A stretch of 64,000 nucleotides of DNA from the human T2T-CHM13v2.0 reference genome, Homo sapiens, in assembly GCF_009914755.1 (NCBI RefSeq), contig NC_060937.1; one strand, given 5' to 3'. Made by a program: the position numbers and the translations under genes. Positions 53,580 through 64,000 of this stretch are shown one piece after another; within the stretch, counting starts at the first letter, position 1, and every line of letters begins with the position of its first letter. The notes under the pieces were generated by a model that saw nothing but the letters and a program-made list of their open reading frames with translations, ran no database searches and was not told where the DNA came from.

Positions 53580-55165
53580 TGACCAAGAGAACCTTGTTGT
53601 TTCTCTCAGCTGCATCAAACTTTAGACAGGCCCCTGGCCTTTTCTTAGAGCATTTACCCTAGAAAAATGTGTAGTTACAAATTCTTTCTCTATCTCTTTG
53701 AGATACAGTTGAGCCTTGAACAATGCAGGAGATAGAAGTGCTGACCCTTGTGCAGTAAAAAAAATCTATATATAACATTTGACTACCTCGAAACTTAACT
53801 ACTGATAGCCTACATTAACCAGAAGGCTTACTGATAACACAAATAGTCAATTAACACATATTTTATATGATACATGTATTATATACTGTGTTTTTACAAT
53901 GAGGCTAGCTAGAGAAAAGAAATGTTATTAAAAAATCATAAGGAAGAGAAAATCCATTTACAGTATTGTGCTGTATTTATCAACACTGTAAATTTACATC
54001 ATCTGTTTACGAAATAAATTGTCCATCTGAAATCATGGGCAACTGCTGCTGCAGATCTCAATCTATGGTACATATTAAGCAGTTCAACTTTTTATTGTAA
54101 TGCCGCGGCTTTTCTCTGCTTCTTGGGAGCACTTCCAACGTCATTAGCGGCACTTTGTTGGCTCCCATGGTATTATTTATGGCTTACAGTATTACACTTA
54201 GCATGATGAAAAGACGCAAGAACCAAGAGATATTACTGTTTGTGGTACACAATTTACTGGAGAGTTGAACTGCTTACATGGAGATAAGTGTCACACAGGA
54301 TTTTAAGCAGATACAACACTTCAGCTTACTGCAATAGCAACAGGAGGTGGCTATGAAATTATTGCAGTGGTACAGTATGCACTCAGTTAATTTTATGCAT
54401 TTGTGATTCAACACTGCACGTTTACATTTGCTTATATTTCTCCCCACTGTGAATGGCACCAAGTACAATCTGTGTGTGTAAGTAAGTTTTGATAAATTTT
54501 AACTTATTATAAGGGATTTATGTATATTTTATGGTATTAAATAATAAAAATAGACTAGTATCTATGTATATTTTATGCAGTTATGACAAATCTGTTTTTG
54601 ATATTTCTAGGCTACATGGTTAATCAGTGAGTTTCAAATTGTTGCAAATCTCCAAAAATATTTGCTATATTTATTGAAAAAAAAAATCTGTGTATAAGTG
54701 GACCCATGCAGTTTTGAACCTGTGTTGTTCAAGGGTCAGCTGCATATGTACATTTTTAAAAAGCCTCTTGCTAGTTTTCCAACCCAGGAATGTCTTTCTC
54801 AAGGACCTGGGAGCCATGTCTTTGAAATGTAATCATTAAGGAAGAAAGCACTCCTCTTACCTCCAGGGCTCTGTTCATTTGGGGTCAATTAGCAAACACA
54901 GATGGCCTAATCACAGAGAAAAACATTTGTAAACTCAGGAAAAGCTTCGTGTGCTCAACAGATCCCATTCATCAACCTCCACACTAAAGTCTTTCTTCCA
55001 GTACTTTTACTAGCTACTGAACTAGCACTTAAAAACCCTTCCACCTTTTGTTTGTTATCAGAGTTAACCACAGCCTGACTTCTGGCTTCTCTCCTCTATT
55101 GCAGTAGCTTGAAATAAAGTCTTCTTTATCAATTTAACTTTGTCCAGTAAAGTTTTGCTTTGAGT
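53580..55165 (+). mobile_element. ERV1 LTR (MER67/MER31-type) split by Tigger3
   Basis: CAAACTTTAGACAGG..TTTTCTTAGAGCATTTAC..CTTTGAGA on the left continues as ACCCAGGAATGTCTTTCTCAAGGACCTGGGAGCC..CAATTAGCAAACACAGATGGCCTAATCAC..AATAAAGTC on the right. Confidence 0.7.
53706..54742 (+). mobile_element. Tigger3 (Golem) non-autonomous element, Tigger3b-like
   Basis: TIRs CAGTTGAGCCTTGAACAA / TTGTTCAAGGGTCAGCTG, with TA on the left and CA on the right. Confidence 0.9.
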
Positions 55166-55230
55166 CAACCAACGGGCAGGAGAGAGGATTTTGTGGATGA
55201 AAATAATTCTTCACATTCTACTTTTGGTGT

Positions 55231-55752
55231 TGTTACCGACCACAGGTTCTTAGGTTCCCATGCAATATAAACTGAGAGGAGGCCAGGCAAACTTTTCCCA
55301 GCTAGGGTTTATTAAGACTTATGCCTGGACAGATTGGGCAAAATGGAGACAGCCCAGAGGATGCGTTCTGCAGCTGGTTCCCTGAGCAAAGGTTCTTGTT
55401 GTGTTTTGAGGAGGGTGACATGAAAAACTCATGAGTTAAGAAGAATCATTATATGTGTGAGGTGGAGTGCTGATGCACAGGCATAGTAAGAGATCATGCA
55501 AAAACATACATCCCGTAATCAGAAAATGGCAGATACCCCTTTCCTGGGCATGGATTTTCATATTGAAATGAGGCAAAGTGTAAAGATTGGTCATCCTCCT
55601 AGTCTTGTGTGCATGCAGGTGATAGAATTAACTAACTCCCTTGAGTCAGAGTTAAAGTGTGATGCTTCTTATTTTAGTTTCTTCAAGGCCCTGAAATCTG
55701 CAGGTATGGCGTCCTTCCTATTTCTACTCTGTCCCATCTCTACTCTATCTCA
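55231..55752 (-). mobile_element. ERV1-class solo LTR (subfamily not identified)
   Basis: TGTTACC...CTCA termini with perfect 4-bp TSD GTGT. Minus-strand AATAAA near 55308. Confidence 0.75.
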
Positions 55753-56089
55753 GTGTCACATTGGGAGGGGAGTAGGCAAAGGAAAGGAATTCATTGTGTT
55801 TTTCTGAGGCATTTTCTATAGGTAGGGCAAATCTTAAGTAAAGTTACAAAGAAAAAAATTTCCTTTGTTCCCTTCCATCTCTCTTCTATAGTTCTACTCT
55901 TCTCATGTATTTACTCCAGAAGGAAGGAGGTAAGAAATCAAGGAAGGCTTTCTGAAAGTAGTGATATTTGATGGTAATAACAGTGAGAGAGCTGGCTATC
56001 TCAGATGGGTAGCAGCTGGTGGGTAAGAAACAGCTAATGTAAGGCAGATGGGCGAAAGAATAATAATGATAACAACAATAACAAATAGT

Positions 56090-56335
56090 TACAACATTTA
56101 TTTAATGTCAATGATGTGCCAGCCTCTGTTCTAAATTCCTAGTGTTTATTAATACATTTAAACATCATAGCAACTCTATGACACAGATACTATAATTATC
56201 ACCATTTCAGACACAGAGAAATAAATTAAGGCACAAAAAGGTTGACAAATTCACTTCAGTTCTTAAAGTCAGTGAATGACAGAGCTGGGATCCAAATCCA
56301 GGCAACGTTGTCCCGGCATCCATGCTTTTAACCTC
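56090..56335 (-). mobile_element. MIR
   Basis: AACATTTATTTAATGTC..TGTGCCAG, ATTATCACCATTTCAGA, GACAGAGCTGGGATCCAAATCCAGGCA. Confidence 0.75.
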
Positions 56336-57255
56336 AAAATAGCACTGTCAGTGAATATCTGTCATCTCTCTGGGGATATATATATGTATAACTGAGTAAT
56401 GGCTTCTCTTAATGGGATTTTGACCATGAGTTCAAGCTGAAAAGCAAAATTGTTTGTTTTTGACAGGAGTGGGGTGGTTTGGAGCACTCTTCCAAAAACA
56501 CCTCTCAAATTATAGAATGCTGTTACTACCTGTTACTTTTGAAAGTAAGACCATTGCTGATGACAGAGTTTATAATAAAATATATTACATTTATATAGAG
56601 TTTTATAGGCCACAAAAATGCTCTCATCTATGCATTTTCTTAAGATTTTATCAATGGCTATATAGTAAGGTTAAGAATATTACCATGACTTTTGAATAAG
56701 TTGTATAACTTTCCAAAGATACACAGCTAATTAGGAAGCTATTCCAGATTTAAACATAGTTTATCTGATGCCTTAATTCTTAAACTTTTCACTAATTTCA
56801 ACAGAGACCGAATACAAGTTTGATTTGTAAACTGAGATGTGAAAGTTAGAAGAAAATGGTTAAAGCTACACAAATCTAACACCTTGAAAACAAAATACTA
56901 TTACTCAACAGTATAAGAAGTAATAGTGTAACAATATTATACAGCTGTACAAAATTTCCAAACCAGAACTAATGAAGGCTTTGGTCTGTTTATTGTCAGG
57001 GACAGATGACAGATGTTGAGAGAATGATACATTCCAGAGTTCAGTCTTTGTGTTCACCAGCAAAGGTGCCAAGAAAGCCTTTTGGGTTTTGGGGCCATCA
57101 CCTGCCCCACCATTAACAGCCATTCCAAATAAAATATAAGTAAAGAATATTCTTGCTGAAAAATTGCAGCTTCCAGATATATCTCCAGACTGCCTTCCAA
57201 CCAGAATAGCCATCTCTAAGACATTTCCAGTAGAAGAATTCTGGAACTTTCACTG

Positions 57256-57257
<2 letters not shown>

Positions 57258-57288
<31 letters not shown>
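57258..57288. repeat. (TG)n microsatellite
   Basis: Directly visible in the sequence. Confidence 0.95.
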
Positions 57289-57291
<3 letters not shown>

Positions 57292-57342
57292 CTAAAGGAA
57301 AAGTGTCTATATATATGTCTAGCTGTATAATTTCTTATAGCA

Positions 57343-57475
57343 CAGTGGTTATCAATCTAGGCTGTACCTGAATTAACAAGAGACCTTATAAGATTCCCAG
57401 TCCAAGCTCCAAGCCAGTTCTATCAGAATCTGTAGGGGCGGCTACCAGGCATCCCATGATTATGAGAAGCACCTA
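57343..57475. mobile_element. MER5A-like fragment
   Basis: CAGTGGTTATCAATCTAGGCTG...ATCAGAATCTGTAGGGG..CCAGGCATC..TGAGAAGCAC. Confidence 0.55.
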
Positions 57476-57709
57476 ACACTGAGAAAACACTCCTATCAAG
57501 TAAACGTACCCAGTGATCCTCCACCCCTTTCCTCTTTAAGAATTTACCTGGGAGAGTATGAGAGGGCTAGAAGAGAATCCAATTTCCTACTCAATAGGAT
57601 CTAGCCTTCTAATAAATAGTAGTAAAGATCCTTGCATTTATTCTTCTCGGTGACTGTTGGAAATTTATTATCATCTCTCCTCTAGAAAACTCTTCAGTGA
57701 CAACAACTC

Positions 57710-58910
57710 TGTGTGTATGTGTGTGTGTGTATACATATATATATGTATATATGTGTGTGTGTATACATATATATATGTATATATGTGTGTGTGTATACAT
57801 ATATATATGTATATATGTGTGTGTGTATACATATATATGTATATATGTGTGTGTGTATACATATATATATGTATATATGTGTGTGTGTATACATATATAT
57901 GTATATATGTATGTGTGTATACATATATATGTATATATGTATGTGTGTATACATATATATGTATATATGTATGTGTGTATACATATATATGTATATATGT
58001 ATGTGTGTATACATATATATGTATATATGTATGTGTGTATACATATATATGTATATATGTATGTGTGTATACATATATATGTATATATGTATGTGTGTAT
58101 ACATATATATGTATATATGTATGTGTGTATACATATATATGTATATATGTATGTGTGTATACATATATATGTATATATGTATGTGTGTATACATATATAT
58201 GTATATATGTGTGTATACATATATATGTATATATGTGTGTATACATATATATGTATATATGTGTGTATACATATATATGTATATATGTGTGTGTATACGT
58301 ATATATGTGTGTGTATACATATATATGTGGATGTGTGTGTATACATATATATGTATGTGTGTATACATATATATATGTATATGTGTGTGTGTATACATAT
58401 ATATGTATGCGTGTGTGTATACATATATATGTATGCGTGTGTGTATACATATATATGTATGCGTGTGTGTATACATATATATGTATGCGTGTGTGTATAC
58501 ATGTATGTATGCGTGTGTGTATACATGTATGTATGCGTGTGTGTATACATGTATGTGTATGCGTGTGTGTATACATGTATGTGTATGCGTGTGTGTATAC
58601 ATGTATGTGTATGCGTGTGTGTATACATGTATGTGCGTGTGTATGCATGTGTGTGCGTGTGTGTATGCGTGTATACATATGTATGTATGTGTATACATGT
58701 ATGTGTATGTGTATACATGTATATGTGTATACATATGTGTGTATGCGTGTATACATATGTATGTATGTGTATACATGTATGTGTGTGTATGTGTATACAT
58801 GTATGTGTATGTGTGTATACATGTGTGTATGTGTGTATACATATGTGTGTGTATACATATATGTGTGTGTATACATATATGTGTATATATGTATGTGTGT
58901 GTATACATAT
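57710..58910. repeat. 1.2-kb alternating purine-pyrimidine VNTR (26-32 bp units built from TA/CA/TG)
   Basis: Ten perfect copies of GTATATATGTATGTGTGTATACATATATAT at 57901-58200, flanked by variant units. Confidence 0.98.
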
Positions 58911-58911
58911 C

Positions 58912-59345
58912 TGTGAAATGAGACAGGCACAGAGTTAAACACTGCATCTTCTCACTCATGTGGAAGGTAAAAAAGGTTGATCTCATGAAAATAAAAAGTA
59001 GAACAGAGAATATTAGAGGTTGAAAAGGGCAGGGGAAGAGAGGCATAGGAAGAGATTTGTTAAAGAATGCAAAACTATAGCTTGGTAAGAGGAATAAGCT
59101 GTAGGGTTACATACCAGTTCAGGATGACTGTGGTCAAGACTATTATTTAATGTAGTTTCAAATAGCTAGAAGGAAGACATTGAATACTCCCAACACTAAG
59201 AAATGATAAATTCTTGACATGATGGATATGCTGATTACCCTGATCAGATCACCATACATTGAATATATTGAAACTTTACTATGTACCCCATAAATATGTA
59301 CAATTATTATTTGTTAATCAAAAGGATAAAATAAAATGAAAATAA
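58912..59345 (+). mobile_element. L1MA-like 3' end
   Basis: TTCTCACTCATGTGGAAG, AATAGCTAGAAG, GATGGATATGCTGATTACCCTGAT, ATGTACCCCATAAATATGTACAATTAT, then an A-rich tail. Confidence 0.85.
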
Positions 59346-59539
59346 ACATATTTAGAAAGGATAGGTATTTATGCATTTAAGTCACAATTTATGTATACAA
59401 GCGTTAATGGATTCAAAGTTATCAAAGGCAAGAATAGGACTTTATGATGTTACAAATAGTATAACTACATTGATTTAAATTATAAAATAGGCTATTTCTT
59501 TAAAACGTGGATTGCATATATATAAGTTTTCTACTGGCT

Positions 59540-62500
59540 GTTGACCACTCAGGCCATAAAATGAATGTCATTAAACTTAAAAAGATTGAAATAATACAAA
59601 ATTTGTCCTCTAACTACATTGGAATAAAATAAAAAGTCAATAGCAGAAGCAAATTTGGCAAATTCAGAAATATATGGAAATTAAGCAACATATTCTTACA
59701 TAACAATTTCTTGTTCAAAGAAGAAATCACCAGGGAAATTAAAAAGCACCTTGAGATAAAAGAAACAAACAAACACAATACACAAAAACTCATGGGATGC
59801 ACAAAAGCAGTAATCAGAGGGAAATTTATTGCTGTAAACATCTATGTTAAAAAAAAGAATTTCAAATCAATAACCTAACGTTCCACATTAAAAAACAAAC
59901 AGGAAAGACCAAGCCTAACACAGAAAAATGGAAGGAAAAAATAATAAATATTAGAGGAAAAATAAATCAATAGTGAATAGAAAAATAACAGAGAAAATCA
60001 ACAAAATCAAAGTTGATTACCTGAAAAGACCAACAGTATTGAAAACTATTATCATTGGTCAATTTAGAGCCACAAAATAAGAGATTCAAATAACTAAAAT
60101 CAGGAATAAAAGATGATATATCTACTGGCCCATCAAAAAACAAAATGTATTCTAAGGGAAAGTGATGAATAAAAAATTAAAACCCCAGTGAAATACCACC
60201 TTACATCCACTAGGATAGCTATAAGCAAAGACAGACTGTTTGTTAGAAGTAGGTGAATGGCAACAACTTCACATCACAAAGTCAGTAAGCCTTGTAGAAA
60301 ATGTAAAAAATACAAGGGAATGAATTCTTACAAAAAAACTTGTCCTGATGAGATATACTTTATTCCAGCTGACACTGATAGTTTTTATTAATAAAATATT
60401 AATAAGCTGAAATCTTCACACATTGCAGGTGGGGATGTAAAATGGTACAGTGGTTTGGAAAACAGATTGGCAATTTCTCAAAAGGTTAAGCATAGGGTTT
60501 AATTTATGACAATGCTTCTCTTATGTATATACCAAGCTAAATTAAAACATATATCCATACAAAATTTGTATCTAAGTGTTAATAATGGCATCATTTATCA
60601 TAAGCAAAATATCAGAACAACTCAACTGTTCCTTGTGTTGGTCTGTTTTCACGCTGCTGATAAAGACATACCTACTACTGTGTATTTTATAAAGAAAAAG
60701 AGGTTTAATGGACTCACAGTTCCACATGGCTGGGTAGGCCCCACAATCATGGCAAAAGGCAAAAAGCACGTCTTACATGGCGGCATGCAAGAGAGAATCA
60801 GCATCAAGTAAAAGGGGAAACCCCTTATAAAAACATCAGATCTTGTGAGACTTATTCCCTACCATGAGAATACTATGGGGAAAACCACCCCTATTATTCA
60901 ATTATCTCCCACTGGGTCCCTCCCACAACATGTGGGAATTATGGGAGCTACAATTCAAGATGAGATTTGGGTAGGGACACAGCCAAACCATATCATTCTG
61001 CCCTGGCCCCACCCAAATCTCATGTCCTCACATTTCAAAACCAATCATGCATTCCCAACAGTCCCCCAAAGTGTTAACTCATTTCAGCATTAACTCAAAA
61101 GTCCATAGTCCAAAGTCTCATCTGAGACAAGGCAAGTCCATTCTATGAGCCTGTAAAATCAAAAGGAAGTTAGCTACTTCCTAGATATGATGGGGATACA
61201 GGTATTAGTTAAATACACCCATTCCGAACAGAAGAAATTGGCCAAAATGAAGGGGCTAAATGCCCCATGCAAGTCTGAAATCTTCAAGCTCCAAAATGAC
61301 CTCCTTTGACTCCATGTCTCACATCCAGGTCACACTGATGCAAGAGGTGTGTTCTCACGGTCTTGGGCAGCTCTGGCCCTGTGACTTTGCAGGATACAGT
61401 CTCCCTCTGGGCTGCTTTCATGGGCTGGCATCAAGTGTCTGCATCTTTTTCAGGCACACAGTGCAGGCTGTCATCGGATATACCATTCTAGGATTTAGAG
61501 GAGGGTGGCCTTCTCACAGCTCCACTAGGCAGTGCCCAAGTGGGGACTCTGTGTGGGGGCTTCAATGCCACATTTCCCTTCTGCACTGCCCTAGCAGAAG
61601 TTCTCCATGAGAGCCTTGCCCTTGCAGTAAACTTCTAAGTGGACATCCAGGTGTTTCCATACATCCTCTGAAATCTAGGCAAAAGTTTCCAAACCTCAAT
61701 TCTTGACTTCTGTGTACCCACAGGATCAATAGCATGGGGAATCTGCCAAGGCTTGGGGCTTGCACCTTCTGAAGCCGTGGCCCAAGCTGTACCTTGGCCC
61801 CTTTCTGCCATGGCTAGAGCAGCTGGGACTCAGGGCACCAAGTCCCTAGGCTGCACACAGCAGTGGGGCACTGGACCCAGCCCACAAAACCATATTTTCC
61901 TCCTAGGCCTCAGGGTCTGTGATAGGAAGTGCTGCGAGAAAGTTCTCTGAAATACCCTGGAGACATTTTTCCGATTGTCTTGGTGATTACCATTTGGCTC
62001 CTCATTACTTATGCAAATTTTTGCTTGAATTTCTCCTCAGAAAAGAGGTTTTTCTTTTCTATTGCATTATCAGGCTGCAAATGCTGTTTCCCTTCTGAAA
62101 CTGAAAGCTTTTAACAGCACCCAGGTCGTCTCTTGAATGCTTTGCTGCTTAGAAGTTTCTTCTGCTAGATATCCTAAATCATCTCCCTCAAGTTCAAAGT
62201 TCCACAGATATCTAGGGCAGGGGCAAAATGCTGCCAGCCTCTTTGCTAAAACAGTAAGAGTCACCTTTACTCCAGTTCCCAACAAGTTCCTTATCTCCAT
62301 CTGAGACCACCTCAGCCTGGATTTCATTGTCCATTTCACTATCAGCATTTTGGTCAAAGCCACTCAACAAGTCTCTAGGAAGTTCAAAACTTTTCCACAT
62401 TTTCCTGTCTTCTTCTGAACCCTCCAAACTGTTCCAACTTCTGCCTTTTACCCAGTTCCAAAGTCGCTTCCACATTTTCAGGTATCTTTTCAGCAATGCC

Positions 62501-63295
62501 CCACTCTATTGATACCAATTTACTGTATTAGTCCATTTTCATGCTGTTGATAAAGACATACCTGAGACTGGATAATTTAAAAAGAAAAAGAGATTTAATG
62601 GACTCACTGTTCCACAGGGTTGAGGAGGCCTCAAAATCATGGTAGAAGGTGAAAAGCATATCTTACGTGGTGGCACGTAAGAGAGAATCAGAGCCAAGCA
62701 AAAGGGGAAACCCCTTATACAAACATCAGATTGAATGAGACTTATTCACTACTGTGAGAACAGTATGGGGGAAACTGCCCCAATGATTCAATTATCTCCC
62801 ATCGGGTCCCTCCCACAACATGTGGGAATTATGGGAGCTGAAATTCAAGATGAGATTAGGGTGGGGTTAAAGCCAAACCATATCATCTATCAACTGATGA
62901 ATGGATAAACAAATTGTGCTATATTCACACAAAGAATATTATTCAGCAATTAAAGGAATTAATTATTGAAGTATGATACAAAATGAATGAACCCTGAAAA
63001 CATTACACTAAGTGAAAGAAGCCAATTATGAAAAACCATACATTATATGATTCCATTTATATGAAATGTTCAGAGCAGGCAAATTCATAGACAGAAAATA
63101 GATAATGGTGCCTAGGGCTGGAGAGGGTATTAGGACTGTCTGTAATTGGTACATGGTTTTTGTAGGAGTGATTGATGTGTTTTAAACTTAGATTGTGGGG
63201 TGGTTGCATAATTCTGTTAATATACTAAAATCATTTAATAGTATACTTTAAATGGGTGAATTTTATGGTACATGAATTATATCTCAGTAAGTATG
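59540..63295 (+). mobile_element. Old L1M fragments (ORF2 5' part 59540-60170; 3' part 60175-60633 and 62886-63295) hosting a THE1 provirus
   Basis: GAGGGAAATTTATTGCTGTAAAC, GGGGATGTAAAATGGTACAG. Continues after the THE1 with TCAACTGATGAATGGATAAACAAATTGTG..TATGATTCCATTTATATGAAATG. Confidence 0.8.
60634..62885 (-). mobile_element. Near full-length THE1 (B/C-like) MaLR element: LTR 60634-60995, internal 60996-62523, LTR 62524-62885
   Basis: Two ~362-bp LTRs in direct orientation, both ending GCCAAACCATATCA. Internal MaLR ORF remnant (WNSLEGSEEDRKMWKSFELPRDLL..VVSDGDKELVGNW). Confidence 0.95.
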
Positions 63296-64000
63296 CTAAA
63301 ATGTCCCTACTTTATACACTCCTCAATATTTAAGTTTTCATTTCTCTTAATCCCAAGACAATGTTATTTTTAAAATAATTTTTTAAAAATGATTTTACTA
63401 TGGGCAAAATTTAAAGGTAGTATTCTTGCATACTCATCTTGCAAAGTGTAACTACTTTGGATTATATATTTTTCTCTAAACATCTTTATGTCTGAGGATT
63501 TTTTTTTTTTTTTTACTTTTTGCTAGTTCAGTAGGAGGAATTTGGCAATGTAAATATATCATGGGTGAGAGTTATGGAAATGACTATTTTGAAACACAGT
63601 AAAAAATGTATACTTTCGCATGATGCTATTCAGACCCAAAATCATTTTCATGCATAAATGTCTTCCTGATAGCTGCCATAAATAGCTTTTTAAAAAATTT
63701 TCAAACCAGGATATTTAAATCAAATATTCTGTATACATTTGTTTAAAACATGATTTTTGTTTTAGGTATTTATTTAAAACATTTATTTAAAAACGTGATT
63801 TTTGACAATATATAATGAAAGCTCTATTTATATGCCATAAATTAATAGAATTATGTCAGCCTTGTAGTTCTATTAAAGCATGTGGATGAAAGTATTTTTT
63901 CCGTTTTCTTAACCAATAATCACTTGAACAAATGAGTATAGTGAAAAAAGAATGGAGATTGACAAAAAGACGTCTAGGACTTTTTATGATGAAAGTGTCA

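Noticed and set aside
56905-57213. 102-aa minus-strand ORF in unique sequence
   Set aside because: No recognisable domain or gene context; the length is compatible with chance.
57901-58200. Regular 30-bp repeats as a CRISPR-like array
   Set aside because: The units are head-to-tail with no unique spacers, the sequence is low complexity, the context is eukaryotic and there are no cas genes.
57609-59046. Six overlapping 369-450 aa ORFs rich in H/T/Y/I or C/V/Y/M
   Set aside because: Strict purine-pyrimidine alternation cannot spell TAA, TAG or TGA, so all frames are open by construction. These are VNTR artefacts.

Overview
This is AT-rich, CpG-poor primate (human-like) non-coding genomic DNA, either intergenic or deep intronic. 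It is made mostly of interspersed repeats: L1 (one young L1PA plus old L1M), L2, CR1/L3, MIR, Alu, ERVL-MaLR (THE1/MST/MLT1), ERVL (MLT2, MER21), ERV1 solo LTRs and DNA transposons (Tigger3, MER20, MER53, MER58, MER5), plus a 1.2 kb alternating purine-pyrimidine VNTR. I cannot support any intact cellular protein-coding gene, tRNA, rRNA, CpG island or CRISPR array. The long ORFs in the track are L1 ORF2 or MaLR remnants, or artefacts of the stop-free VNTR. Repeat subfamily names come from recalled consensus sequences, not from an alignment run. The most notable observations are: (i) one TSD-flanked L1PA whose RT domain is deleted in frame; (ii) an ancient ~300-bp direct duplication carrying a minus-strand AATAAA, each copy lying downstream of a different candidate terminal exon; (iii) a recent perfect 76-bp templated duplication with template-switch scars inside an old MSTB LTR; (iv) a tail-less Alu fragment with an internal fold-back; (v) several LTRs carrying DUX4 motifs. 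I found no convincing evidence of a novel biological system.
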